Below are positions 49,603 to 64,000 of a stretch of DNA of 64,000 nt, one piece after another. This DNA is from Paragordius varius (lineage: Eukaryota; Animalia; Nematomorpha), in the NCBI GenBank assembly GCA_964247055.1, contig OZ176053.1, forward strand, positions 6,696,001 through 6,760,000. The letters are read 5' to 3'. How positions within the stretch are numbered: the first letter of the stretch is position 1; the number at the start of each line of letters is the position of its first letter. A model generated the notes under the pieces. That model made no database searches. It was not told the DNA's origin and was given only the letters and a program-made list of their open reading frames with translations. Both the position numbers and the translations under genes were made by a program.

Positions 49603-50768
49603 TTAATGGTCATTAACAAGTTTTATTTAAGATATTCATTATTGTATGCGAAATAAACATGATCACGGCCCTGTCAAAAATATTCTTAAAATATAGTTAA
49701 TCATCATTTTATTTCGGAATGTTAAGAAAGCCAGCTTTTGACTTTTTTAACTGTTTATTTCTATTCAATAAAATTGCTCTAACTCTATCTCTTAAGTGCA
49801 AAACAATTTATTGGCTTATAATAATTGTTGCGAGCGGCCACACCATCTAAAAAAATTATATTTGCGTAAAATTTTAGTTGAAGTCCATGGTATTTTAGAG
49901 CATGATGGAAAATGCATAAAACATTTTATGATATTATCATAACACTTTCATATAATTCAAAAATGATATTGGATTTAATCCTCATAAGATTGTTATGAAA
50001 ATATATCAAAATGTTAAAAGAAAGAGATTTTTAATTTAAAATTTGATGTGATAATTCTATGGCTTCGTAAATGTATTTGTGCTATTTTCACCATGTAACT
50101 AATATATATAAAGATAATTTTTTAAAATTTATTTTTTTAAACTAATTAGGCATTTTTACCTTTTATATAAATTATAAATAGTTATGCTGGCCTCTTTTGT
50201 TGACCAATTTAGTGGGTATGAAACTTATGTATACGATATGAACAAATTAAGGATCTAAGATAGGATAAAATTGTATTTCAATACCAAGTTGTTCCGATAT
50301 ACTACTGATTTACATATTGGCCAACATATTTTGAAAAAGCCAGCCTAAATATGCACAGTAATGACATGATCCATATATTAAAATTTATTACCGCATTTCG
50401 AAATATCCATTTATTTAGAGCTCTAAAATCAAATCTTTACAGGTCCGAGTCTTAAAATATTTGATTTAATCTAATTGCTATTTAGATATATTTAAATACG
50501 TAAGGAGTTTTAGGCTTTAAATTTTTACTGTTGTCAAAATATTTTTAATATAATGTGTGCTATTTTCCTGATATTTTGATAAAGAATTGAGCATTGAAAC
50601 CAGAATCTGAGAATCCCAATGCAATATGATTAATAAACATGATGTGTATACCGTTAATTGAGTATTTCACTTATGTTAAATTTAATTAATCGATCATGTA
50701 ATAACGTATAAAAAACTGACATTTTATATAAATATCAATTATTTATAAATGACTTGAGAACTTATAAG

Positions 50769-51084
50769 AAGGATTTGCAACACAACTGCCTTTGGGGGCT
50801 GCATTTTCGATTTAAATAATCCGGCGGACCATATTCGAAAAATATAAGGGCATTAATAATTATTTTGTTAGATTTTAAACATAATATTATGTAAAAAAAA
50901 CAACTGCTATTTATTAATTTTGCTATCACTGCCAATCGAAAGGACTCTATAAAAAATTTGTTTGAATATCATTTAAAATTTTGTGGTATTTTTGCGAATT
51001 CTAGTTTTTATTTATTCGGTTGGTCAGCACATAACATATTTGAGGGCCGAATGCAGCTCATGGGCCACATGTTGGATACGGCCG
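50769..51084. mobile_element. Degraded hAT-type MITE
   Basis: Right end GGGCCACATGTTGGATAC resembles the other hAT MITE ends. Confidence 0.45.
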
Positions 51085-52042
51085 ACCTATAATTATGAAA
51101 TTTATAAAAAAATACGTATGGGATATTTTTGGAAGTTGCATATTTGTAATATAGCTAAAATATTCATAAGTGTCAAGTTTACAAAACGGAAGAGTAAAGC
51201 CATTTTTTAGAGTTATTCAATAAAATTAAAAATTTTATATATCATTAAAAAGCGAAGATTAAGCTTTTTATCGGAAAATCAGAAATTTGGCCGAAAGATC
51301 CATATCCTTATAAATTAGAAATCAACAGAAGCAGAGATAGTTAGCCTACTTAGTAACAGGGTGTATAACTTAGTTTATCCTATTTAGCAATAGAGATGTA
51401 AGATCCCAAATTTTGTTGTTAAATTGTATATGAAAATCACTTTAATCTGTTTTTATTTGGGATATAAATATCAAATTTGAATTAATACTAAATCATATTA
51501 TCTCAAATTCCTCTTATATGTAAAATATGAAAAGAGCCTAAATATAAACTATATGACCATCGCACATATCAGATTCATATCCAACTTTGCGTTTTTGTTG
51601 AAAAAGGCTCTGTCATATAAACTGAATAAATTAAACGGAAACCGAAATTTTAAAATAATGTAACTCTCATGAATGCTATCAAGCACAAAACTAGCCTTAC
51701 TTTACGCTTACTTTTATTGTTAAATTGAATTTAACAATTATAATATGGTTTTTCGATACCACCATCTATATTCTTATAAGAATCAAAAAAAATCTGTTAA
51801 ACATTAATTTATATGAACTACAATATAGCATTAATAACATATTTTGTTAAATTCGGAAATTGCGACATGTATGATAAAAATTATTGTCCCACCCCTCCTC
51901 TTTCGGCATTGTTACGGATGCAACTTATATATAATATCATACCCTTTAACGCTCTAATAAAAATCATTTGTTTGTTTTTGAAAACAGATATTTGTCATGC
52001 ATTTCAAAAAATATATGATTATCATGTCGATAAGAAATAGTA

Positions 52043-52219
52043 GGCGTGATGGTATAGCAGGTAGGATGCCGGACTCTTACACTGCGTCCCTGAGTTCGAA
52101 CTCCGAAACTACGCAATTTTTCCATGATCACTGTCAGCCCTAAGCAGGCCAATGTTAAGCCTTCACAGGTCCGGCTACAATTTAAGTCCTTACCCTTTAA
52201 TAAAAAAGGAAAAAAGAGA

Positions 52220-52222
<3 letters not shown>
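52043..52222 (+). mobile_element. tRNA-derived SINE with (TA)n tail
   Basis: A-box-like TGGTATAGCAGG, B-box-like GAGTTCGAACTC, unrelated body, A-rich end, then (TA)n; second copy at 41462. Confidence 0.78.
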
Positions 52223-52256
<34 letters not shown>

Positions 52257-55061
52257 TATATGTCGATAGGAGATACTGTGAACCTTGCATGTTAGTTTAA
52301 ACTTATGATCAAGTTTCTTCTCATAATATTGTTAAACCGCATTTGGAAAACGTCTTAATATATTGATGTTAATAATATATGGTAATTTTAATAAATTTGA
52401 AATAAAAATTATTATATTGAAATATTTTTACTGAAAACCAATCCATTTATTCGATTGTTTATTACCGTAACGGCGAATCATAAATTATTTTTATTGAACA
52501 AAAAATGAATAAACTCCGGTAATTGCATCATAAAATTAATAATTATATTATCAACTCCTTTATTGTTAATTACAAACAATGATTTCGGTAAAACTATTTT
52601 TTGCCTGTACATTATCGTGCTTTATAATTAATTTGTTACGAATGTAAATTTATCTGAACTCTTTTTTAGATATTTCTTTGTAAAGATATTAAATTAACCG
52701 TAAATAGCGGCTACTAACTTTTAAAAAAATATATACCTTGTTGTGTGTGTTTGTAATTTAAATTTCTAGGTACAAACAAAATATTAGAGATAAATTACAT
52801 CTTAATTATCTATAATTATAGGCAGACAGCCACCTCTCATGACTAACTTTTTACTCTTTATAATATAATCTATTAGAAAAAAAAGTGAAATAAATATATG
52901 ATTTAAATAAAATAACCCCTAAAATGTTATAGTATTGTGTAAGTCAAAGCTACAAATTCATTTAACTTAACAACTAAATAAGAATAAAAAAGCTTCAACT
53001 TGTATACTTAATGTTCTATGCAATTAATTTCTGCTGTTTTATGGAAACCACAACAGACTTGGGTATGCTATGCATACATTTTCAGATTTAATTCTAAATG
53101 TTTGTTTGTGTATCTAACATTAGTCAGGGGGGTTTATTAAGTATGGTTTTTTTTGTTTGAACCCCAATAATAAAGTTTTACAAAAAAGTGAAATTTGATT
53201 TCACCCAAAAAAATATATTAATTACCTTATCTCCTACTTTATCTTACCTATGTTTGCCGCATAATTTTATACACCTAATGAATGCTTTTGTACGTTTGAC
53301 TCTACAATTTAACATTAAAACAAGTGAGGATAATAATAAGGATATATATAAATAAAAAATAAATTACAAATAAAGTTTATAGGAATGGAATGGATAACGT
53401 AAAGAGGTGAGTTGAAATGAAGCACAAAAAGGTATATATATATATAATTTGCCGACATTATATTCACAAAGTACAAATAAAATAATAAAATAAGACATAA
53501 AACGGGGCCCGTGTAATTACCAAATTAAAATATTTTAGATTTTCATTCATAAGACAAAATTGTTGTTTTATTATGATATTATGGCTCAATTACTAACAGT
53601 TTTATTGTCATTTTGAAAAAAAATCCAGGTAAGCGTGATTTTTTATATAAAATATACACAGATATTATAAAGTTTTCAACAGGTTATTAAATACATTTTT
53701 CGTAATATTTGTATCCTTTCAGTGCTCTATAAAACTTAAATATATTTATACAATTTTTACCTCAGTAATTATTATTTGTTTAAGTGTCAACAGAAATGAA
53801 TAAGATAATTATTTTTAACAGTTATTTGTTGTATTTGCCTTATTTTCGAATAACTTACCTTTTTAATTTTTATTGTCATCAAAATTGGCTAAATGTTGCC
53901 TCTAATTGTACTAATAATTAATTTTTATTTTGGAAAAACTGTATTATTATGACATATTAGATGCTTTATAAATTGAGTTTTATTGCCTTTTATGTCTAAT
54001 AATTTGTTAACACTATCTATCCCATCTTTGTTCGAAAAAATTTTACATATATATGTTTTTCCTCAACCTTTTTATATGCCAAAATAGGTATTTCATTTTA
54101 AATCATAATATGGTCGGCATTTTACTTTTTTCTTTGTGAAATCCAAAAAAATATAATAATTTTATACTTGGTAAATATTATATCGTATATGAATATAATT
54201 TAACAAATACATGTCAAGTACACTCAGTTTGTAAAAATTGTTGTCTAAAAATATAAACCACCACCGTTGTTTAAAAAATGGGAAAGTTCAAGTTTCTTAA
54301 AAAACATAAAACTTTTTAGAAATGATAAAGTCAAACAATTATTAAATAAAATTACAAAAATATTTTGATTGTTTTGCTCTGAAGGATGATTACACCATAT
54401 CGGTTCTAAAAAATATATAACACATTATAAATCTACTAATTAGAATTGATATTTTTTCAATAAAATATGTATAGAGATTTAAACTCATCATTAAGTCAAT
54501 GTATATATAATAAAAATGGCTGGCGAGATAAACTCATCTCTGAATATTTGTTTTAATTTATGGCATTATGGAGTTTATTTTTAAAATAATAATCATTAAA
54601 TTTGGTTAATCTTTTCAGAAAATCTTTAATGTTGAATCTATTGAATGATAATTTGGTGGGAACAGGCGTGGGAAAAAAATCTTTCTTAAACCAAATTTAG
54701 AGTAAATTTTTACCGATAAAATTTATAATATACATTTAAATTTATTTGGCTAAAATAAAATAAGAATATAAAATTTGGCAGTTATCAAATATGGTTTTTT
54801 TTTTCAAAAAAAATAAATTTTTATGCACATTCATTTAAGGCGCTATCATTATTTCGTATTTTATAAATTTATATTATAGTACTATAAAATTTTAACAGTT
54901 TTAAAAACAGTAATGGATCAAACAGTTGAAAAATTTAAATTTAATTTTATCTAGCTAATTTATTTCCTTATGTGTAATTTTTTAAGGATTCTTCAACTTT
55001 TCCTTCATTGATGTGCCGATAGATTTATTTTAATTGCCTTTAAAATTTTAAAATTTCTAAA

Positions 55062-55062
<1 letters not shown>

Positions 55063-55114
<52 letters not shown>
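55063..55114. repeat. (TA)n microsatellite
   Basis: Pure dinucleotide run. Confidence 0.95.
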
Positions 55115-55118
<4 letters not shown>

Positions 55119-56889
55119 ATATCATCCAAAAACATTTGGTTTTTAACATTTTTAAATTATGGTTAATATACATTCATAAATGCTCTGTTGTTGATTGTTT
55201 TATAACAAAACTTAGGTAAACGTTATAATTTGTCCGTTAACGAATCAAACTTATAAAAAACTGTCCAATCTTGACTAAGAAAAATTAAAAGATCTGGTTG
55301 ATAACCTTGGTCAGTGTTTAAATGTACTATAAATGTCCCATAATTCAACAATAAATTAACGGTAATCAATCGATTAATTAGGAAATAATCCAAAATATTC
55401 AATGTTATTCACAGTATTTAATTTTTTTGGTAATTTTCCTCTTCCATGATTACCAATAATACATTTTTGTCCATCCGTCTGTTCTCATGATATGAATAAT
55501 TACTAAAGAACATCTTTTTATATCTATGATATTATATTCATCAATCTTTCTTAGGACATTTTCATTGCTAATCCGACCATTTTATTTAAATAACATTCTT
55601 TATAATCATTATTTGTCAATGCCATTTAAAACTTTTTCAACTGTAGCAGTTTGCATAATAATTAAGATATTGATGCATCATTAAATTTTCTGCTTCGTTT
55701 TTGTCTGATTACTTTTTTCAAATTTATAATCTCATATATTTTTGGCACAGATCTGCAAATTGTTCAATAACATAAGTATCTAAGGTTTCGGTATTACAAC
55801 GAAGATTTAATATTACTTTGTTTAAAAACTATTTCGATTGTAAGTTTGCATTAATAAAGTAACCGACCTTTTATTTTGTAATGCCGTTTTATCAGGAATG
55901 ATTCAGCCTAGATTCCCATAGCAAACCATAATTTTTTAAAATAATTTATCAAAGGCCATTTTTAAGTTAAGCTTAAAATTTTTTATTTTTTATTCAATTT
56001 AGAGGCCTTCTCCATAATCCATCTAATGTAAACTATTTGCTACGTTTTTAAAACATTCGGCATGCAGCCAGATTGTCTAGTTAAAATTTTTGTGACTTCA
56101 AATGTTGATTTTGAAATATATTTTAGTGGCCTATCAGACTTCTGTATAAATGAAAGTAAATGTTTTTCTAAAAAATGGAAAAAATCGAGTTATTAATAAT
56201 GAACATAATAAAAAAATAAAAAACTAATTAGTTTTTGAGCATGTGGAGGATTTATATACGACGCTTTTAAGTTAGGGCGCATTAATGGAAGTAAAAGGGA
56301 TGTATTTGCTTCGGGCACCATAGATAAATAAGCGCCGAATCAAGATTGTTTTAACATTTTTTCCCGAGAATGCTTAAATTTTGGTTTGTGCACTGGGGCT
56401 CCGCAAACGCTTGCTGCGCCATTGTATATTGAATTCAAATTCCATCATAAATAATTTTTTAAAGTTTAATTTTACATTATTAATCTTATTAATAGACAGG
56501 GATATACTAACGCCTTTTCAAAATAGTATATTCCTTAGCAGAATGGCAAGGAGTGCCTAGAAAAGATATTTTTGAGAAGGAGAATATCTATTTTTAAGGA
56601 TTTTCACGCATCTGACAATTGACAATTGGAGAACTTTAAATTTTATAAAACTTACGATATCTAAAATTCGTGGGGCCAACAGTAAAATAGTCCCATAATA
56701 TGAATCTAACATCACGCTTTTGTTCAAATAGTTTAAAGTCATGGGTTAGTTTATAAAACTTCATATAAGGGAACAGAGCTATTCACAGGGGGCCAATTTC
56801 TAGGCGTGGCTCGTCCATGATTAATTGAGATGAAAAAATAGTTATTAACCAATTTAAATATTCATACATCTTATCGAATGATTAATTAA

Positions 56890-57464
56890 CACTAGGATAC
56901 AACCCACTCATTATAGTCCTTCGATTCAAATTGGGATAGTTGTACCCCAGGCCTGTTTAAAATCAAATACTTTAAAAAGTATGGAAGGAATAGAAACCAT
57001 GGCAAAATTTTGCACTTATATAACATTAATAAACCGAAATATATAAAAAAATTTATTCAAAAACACTTATTACTTATTTTAAGCTAAAACCGAAAGGTAA
57101 AAACTTTATCAACCTCACATGTGTGAAATGATAAAATTGAAAAATAATACAAAATAAACAGCTTTTTCTATTTCGATCAAAGTTATATGTAATTAAAATA
57201 TAAAATTAGCTTTAGTTTTACTCTTAAAATTATATGAAGACGATCTTTGCGAAAATTTTGTAAAATAAAAATGACGTCGAAGTAGTTTGACATGGAACTT
57301 ATTTTTCAAAACAAAATTTTGTTTAGATATTTTGGCATATTTATAAAATTTTTATTAGGATAGAAGCATAAATTTGAATTGGAACAGTTTCCTTCAGTAG
57401 TTTTTTATAAATTTTTACTCAAATTTAGTCTGGGGTATTTAGATACCCCACTTTGAATGAAGTG
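56890..57464 (-). mobile_element. piggyBac-like non-autonomous element, copy 3 (inverted)
   Basis: TTAA flanks; reverse complement of copies 1 and 2. Confidence 0.85.
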
Positions 57465-60400
57465 TTAAACAATTTATATTTATCATATAATAGATAATTA
57501 ATATATACCATTTTTTTCTGACCAAATCTTCACTTATATAAGACGCGACCGGTACATAAATATATCGATTGAATCAATATATATTTTTAAAAAATATGTG
57601 ACAATTGACTGGCCTGTGCTAAAATCAATCGTCCTATCAAATGAAGCAGAATATTGAAAGAATCAATTAATTTTTAAGATATAAAATTAATTAGAGCAGA
57701 ATATTACAATCAATTGTATAATGAGATCTTTTAGTTTACCATTTACGTAAGGTTATTTCATATGCCCGGAGTTTTTATTGTAATATACGATATATCGCAT
57801 TTTTATCCATATAACCGATGACAATCTTACTTAAAATATAACAACATAATATTAAATAATCATTAATAATTTTAAATTACTTTCTAAAATTCAAAACGAC
57901 CGCTCACTTAATAATTATAAATAACGAATAAAATTATATTTTAGCCAATGTAATTTTCCCCCTCTGTAACTTTCAAAGTACGCTACTAAATAATGAATTT
58001 ACTAATGATAATTTGATAAATAAAGCTACATATATATATATATATATATATTCTATATATATAAATATTATTTAATTACTATTTTTGATACTCATTTTCA
58101 ATCTAATTAAATAGATAATAGATAGGACAACTTATTTTCATATATTAACTGAAGCCATCCTTTACAATAATTGCAATACATCTTTTGCATTTAGTCTTAG
58201 CTCACTACGGCGAGTCACGGTAAGTCGCTGGGATTTAAATACATGTTCTTCAGATTTGGTAAGGTTTCAATTTTTTATTGTCAAATGAGTTTAGTATAAA
58301 TACAAATAATTTCAGAAGCTAGTTTTATCACTATGGGACAAAATTCAAACTGAACATTTTCAATTTTCATTAATAGTTTTCGTGAGAGTTTCTGTGTATA
58401 AAAATTAAATAGCCAACAGTGGTGGATTATGAAGCATCTTTTATCAGTATACGAATTATATAAAAAATTCAAATATTTGGATTTTAACCCCCTCAATTAC
58501 ATAATCTAAATTTAAAATGAAACATATTAAAATTTTGAATAATAGCTAATTTATATAATTAATGAATGATACTTACGGTAATTGATATCAAAAATCTAAT
58601 TTAATAAATCATTCACCTTTCATATATTTATTTATGTTTAATTTATCTATTCAAGAATACACTAATTTTGAGGAGATATTTAACTGTAACAAATTTGCTA
58701 CATTTCGGAGCCATGCCATAAATCAGTAGTATAAACCATTTTTTTTAGCAATTATTCATTTATTTCATAAATATTATTTTATGATAATTAATTTTAAGTT
58801 CAATTAATCGAGACAATCTTCTTTGGCCAATGCAACTTACAAATCTTATTACAAAATTATTTTTTAAAACACTTATCAGAGTATATGTATATTTATATAT
58901 ATATAAATTAAAACATTTTACTATTTAATGGTTGGTTGTTATTTAAAATTCAAACTTAATTTTTTTGTTACATCATAAAGATAAACTTATAAAACTTAAA
59001 ATATGAATTGGTTTTCTCACTAATATATAATAATAAAATCAATTTGAATTGACTGACTGACCATTTGTGGCAATTAATCTCACTCACTAACTACTCTTTT
59101 AACAAAAAAATAAACTCAATAATGCATAAGATTGCATTATACATTAAATAAGTAGAGATGAAATATTCCCTCTTGTACCTAGTTAACAAAAAATATGTAA
59201 TAATGGTATGGTATACATTTAAAGAATCAAAACATATATATTTTATACATATTTATGAAAAAAAAACCACTTAAAATTTTAGCAGCGATTTATTATGCCA
59301 AAAAAATTGGATTAGAATGAAAATAAATTACTAAATATATTGAGATATGTATGTGTGGTTGTGGTTATGTTTTGTTAAAACATTGTAAATAAATAAAAAT
59401 GAAGAACCTAAGAATTTTGGATGGTTAATTTAAAATTACTTTAATGCATCAAACATTATATACATTAATTTAAAAAAATCACTCGTAGAGTTAAAAAAAT
59501 AGCATTGCCTATTAGGTTTATAATATATAGAGTGAATTTATTATACTTAGGTTTTAAATACCCATTTTATTTTTTAACATAGACTGAAATTATTTTTTGA
59601 CTTTGAGTATATCAATTTAAATATCACCATTTATATAATCGCCAATAAATATCTACATTAATATTATTCGAATTTTTAGGTTCTTACTGAACAATCTTCA
59701 AGAAATGACTTTCGTGTCCATTTTTTCATTAAAAATTCTTTTGACCAATATTTATAATATTTAAAATATTTAATTTTATCATTTTTAAATAAGTAAAGAA
59801 AACATTTCTTATTGGAATTAAATTTGATAATATAATAATGATAATCGCACAAATAGAATTTTCAAAGGTCAGAATATTCCCTGACGCCTATGTGTCTATT
59901 TTATTTTTAATCTATAAATATTCCTACAATATGGATATACAATAAAAAATAAAAATATAATAAAAATAAAAACGACCAAATATAAATTAAATTCTTTTAA
60001 ACTAAAATCAAACAAAAAATAAAAATTAATAACAGTAACATTTTTATGGATTAATTGTAAATTAAATTTTAAATATATATTTTAATTTTTAATATCATTG
60101 ATTTATCTTTAAACCCTTTGCGAAACATAAAAAAGATTAATTATAAATATATAAAAAGATATTAATTATTAGGTTTGATTATTTTTTATAAAAAATTTAT
60201 TTTTAAGAAAAAAACTTAAATTCTACAAACATTATAAATTTATCTAATGTCAATCATAAAATAATTAGCAAATAATTTTATGATTGGCATAACAGATTAA
60301 AATTAATTACCAGTGTGTAAATTTTATCACATAATATAATTACGCAAAAATTTTATTAAGTATAGATATACAAGCGAAAAAAAATAAAAAAAAATATGAA

Positions 60401-61009
60401 AACATTTTTTTAGCCAAAATTGGCACAAATATGGTGTGACTTTTTATTCAAAGATAATAATGCAAACCAAATTATGTTTAATGTAGAATTGTCATAACTT
60501 TATTGCAACTTTGTTTTTTTTACAAAATTTCTTTTTTTTTAAAAAAACTAACAACCAAAAATGTAATTTTAAAACTTTTTTTACGCTTTATCTATATATC
60601 TCTTGCGCAATTATATATCATATCACATCACATAACATAACATTAGTGATGAAAATTATATACACTCTATCCTACATAAAATAAAGTGTAATAAATAAAC
60701 ACATAATCCACTTAAGTTGTTTCTTCTCCCTTGCTTGCTCGCTTCTTCAAAATCTGTTTCGTATTGAAATTGCAAAAAATTTATATTTCAATTTACTGTT
60801 TTACACTCTACATAAAATTTCCACCAAAAAAATATGACATCGCAAACTCTAATTTTATCATCGTTATTATAGAAACAATGTTTAGTGTGATTTATTTAAA
60901 AAGTTTTATTTGGTTTAATTATTAATATTGATTTTGGGCGTCAAAAGTTGATGTGCATATCAGTATTCCCAGTATTTTTATGTGATCCACATTAACGCCC
61001 TTTTAAAAT

Positions 61010-61973
61010 ATGACGACAACGGAATCTGTGATACCGATTAGTATGTTAAACACACCTAATCGTATCGATATAACAACGACATTAAGTCAAAGAGCAAATG
61101 CTTTTTCCATAGATTCACTTATTGGACGTCCCGTAATTAATGACATGACTAAGGAATCATCAGATAAAGCTTCTCAGATTTCAAATTTTTCCAATCATAA
61201 TAAAAACAGTCACGATAGTAAGAATACGAGTGTGAAATTTCCTAATCCTCTTATCCCAACAATGAATTCTTTCATGCGAGGCGCGGGGGAACGATCCCAA
61301 AATATTCCGAATTTGGCTGCCTTTTCACCCTTTTATCCAACGCAACGAATTCCATGTTTTTACCCAATATCATCGGGTTCTTCTATGTCAACGAATAATG
61401 TCCTATATGCTAGACAACATTGGAATAATCTTTTGAATCTTTATTACTTCAATAATCTGACAAACGGTGGAAACCAACCGGCACCAATTTTTAGGGATGT
61501 ATACCCTGAAGCATGTATGACCCCTAACAGTAAAAGTGTTTCACATAATTCTGCGAAAGCGTTATTAAACAGCAAGCAGCCAATACTAAATAATGAATCA
61601 TTCATCAACACATGTAATGATGTAAACAATAAATCTGGTTGTTTTTATGATTATCATAAAAAGGAAAATTCAAATTTGATGGATTGTTCGGTAATAAATC
61701 CAAAAGTTAAAATGCCAGTATCTAACTTGGTTGTTTTATCTGGTATTCGGCCACCATTCCATACATCCTCTAATGATGATAAATTGGTAACACCCCACAC
61801 AACAAAGGTCAAAGAACATAAAAAACCAAAAATTAAAATTGATAAAACACATGAGAATGATACAATTAAAAACAAATTATTTGGGAGAAAAAGACGAAAA
61901 AATATTTCAGATAATTCCCCAAACACGTCGAATGACCAGCTCAAATGTCCATCAAAACAATTAAATATAAAAG
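61010..61973 (+). CDS. First coding exon of a probable T-box factor (Tbx20 or Tbx15/18/22 type); T-box domain not in the window
   Basis: N-terminal LSQRANAFSIDSLIG matches the LSSRANAFSIAALM / LSSRAHAFSVEALIG eh1-containing motif; low-complexity linker; donor G|GTATTA at 61974. Confidence 0.6.
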
Positions 61974-64000
61974 GTATTATTCGTATTATATAAAATCGAG
62001 ATCTGTAAGAAAGTCAACTTCAATATTTGATCTTTAATGGGTCTTTATTGCAAAAGCGTTTGATATTTTTTTTAACCTAGTATTTGTAATTATACCTTAA
62101 TCTATCGAAAAAATTGATTTAATTTTTTTTGTGATGTAATTTGTTAAATCGCAGAAAATATTAGTTTAAAAATATATCTATAGTACTCAAATGTTGCTAG
62201 AATGAGAGATAGAATGAGTGAGTGTTAAAATGATAAACATTAAATTTTTGCGGGAGAATTATATTATATAATTTTATACGTTAAGATATATAATATATTT
62301 TACTTAAAGCTAGCTAGCAATTATCCAATTTATTTAAATTGAAATTCAGCTAATGCATTTTCACATACACATACATACACACATATTTCATCTCCATTTC
62401 ATTTAATTTGTTAAAATGTTTTTTTTTGTAGTAATTTTGATACAAAAAAGCTTTTAACCAAAACATCTTTGTTCATAAGACTTCTTAAAGAGTTTTGCAG
62501 ATGTCAGAGAATATGCTTGCAAATTATTTAATGTTAAATTTTTAAATATCCTGAAAAATAGATATAAATGATGTGTAGAAAATTTTAAAAATGTGCGAAA
62601 ATATATCGTAATACTTCTACCGCTTTTAGTAAATAGTAAATAGATATATTGGTTAAAAGTGATCCTAAATTGGTGAATAGATGAAAAATGGAATATAGTA
62701 AATTTTTTGATGTGTATGATTAAAAATAACTAACATTTTTTCTTGATTCACCAATAAAATGACTCTTATAAACCATATTCTGTCTGTTGACTTGAGATAA
62801 AGAAAACGAATATTTTTTATACATTAAGTTTCCATATAAATTATGACATATAAATATATATATTTATTTAATAACATGCAAAAAATTTGGAGTTTATTCC
62901 TTGTTATTGCTTCATCAAAAAAATACCAGATAATATTTTTAATACTAACTGAGTTAGTTACAATATGTATAAAAACGAAAAATAAAAAATACGGTATAAT
63001 GGTATTTGATTGAATATTGAACATATGCGTTGATTAAGTGAACACTAAAGTGAATTCATCATTTTTACAATATTATAAATTTTAAACAAAATATTTAACA
63101 CAAAATCCAATAATATATAGATAATTGATTTCCTCCCTTCTTATATTGCTTGAGAATTGACATTGACTTGACAAATCAGTTAAAATATTTTTACAGCATA
63201 AGTTAAATGAAGATTATTGATAGATATGATAATGTATAATTGAAAGTTTAAGGTTTAATATTTGGAAAAAGTATTAAATATATTTCAATAAAGTATCTGG
63301 AGTATCCAAATCTATCTGTTAAATACTTTGACTGAGTCAAAATAAATAAGTTAGAATTTTTATTTCGTAATGGAAAACAAGTAGCCTTACACGAACAAGA
63401 TTAGTAATTTCTATTATTCAGTTATTTTTATTTTTTTGATATTTTTAATCAACATTTTAACCCAATGTTTGAAAAATATATTAAAAGTTAATAGGAAAAA
63501 AATATTTCTTTTAAATAGTTACGGCCTCAATCTTTCTTTTCTAAATATTCTGTCTTACTGTTAAACCGAATTTGAAGTAATACAATAAAAACATGGTGTG
63601 ATTTTAAAAGTCTATCTTAAAATTCAGAAAATCTTATTAAATTTTGGTAGTTAGATTGGATTTTGAGTAATCCCTATACAATACACCACTCATCAACAAA
63701 TCATCAATTAAAAATATTTCATTTCACTTATCAGTTGTGCTGGATCTCCAAAATATTACTCAATATTCTTTCTGCCTTGTATTTTTGCTTTTATTTTTCA
63801 CAAATCAATACTTAAAAACATATATAATTGATGCTTAAATCAAAATTCATTAAAAAGATAACCTATTATCATATGGAGTTGATTATTACGACTTATGGGG
63901 CAAATTTTAACTCTAAAATTAATCTATGAGGCATATACTCCTTGACAAATGCAAACTTTTTTTGTAAAATTTTTAATTTATTATCTGAATTACTTTTTGT

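Noticed and set aside
52043-52110. Possible tRNA gene
   Set aside because: No closed acceptor stem, and it continues into a body shared with another dispersed copy, so it is a SINE.
55200-56180. Decayed coding-like sequence on the minus strand, possibly a transposase
   Set aside because: No identifiable motif or termini.
58115-58265. Strong GTAAGT/GTAAGG donors suggesting a micro-exon gene, plus a small hairpin
   Set aside because: No recognisable product and no partner exons.
63865-63915. DLWGKF and ELIITTYG fragments resembling the start of a T-box
   Set aside because: They are in different frames, in the wrong order and interrupted by a stop; probably chance.

Overview
Very AT-rich eukaryotic (animal) genomic DNA with spliceosomal introns and many transposon relics; no prokaryotic features. 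Genes I could assemble by hand: (1) a 5'-partial ADAMTS-type metalloprotease on + (1263-20479); (2) a head-to-head pair of small secreted paralogues with NGF/Spaetzle-type cystine-knot spacing (25162-26712 on -, 27250-29864 on +), both largely invisible in the ORF track; (3) an intronless class A GPCR (29924-31309, -); (4) MRPS17 (35258-37558, +); (5) a complete 19-exon SF3B3 (38464-48908, -); (6) the first coding exon of a probable Tbx20 or Tbx15/18/22-type T-box gene (61010-61973, +). Mobile DNA: a frameshifted Ty3/Gypsy LTR element inside an ADAMTS intron, with a foldback element and a hAT MITE nested in its 3' LTR; a mariner relic; an internally deleted hAT carrying a Helitron; piggyBac-like, hAT and TA-target MITEs; a tRNA-derived SINE. 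Most notable observations: a type I hammerhead ribozyme at the apex of a ~325-bp hairpin (21300-21624); the divergent cystine-knot gene pair; 22-nt and 24-nt GT-AG introns alongside kb-long introns; and a 64-bp flanking duplication around the LTR element. All family assignments come from motif recognition, not database searches. The source species is not determined.
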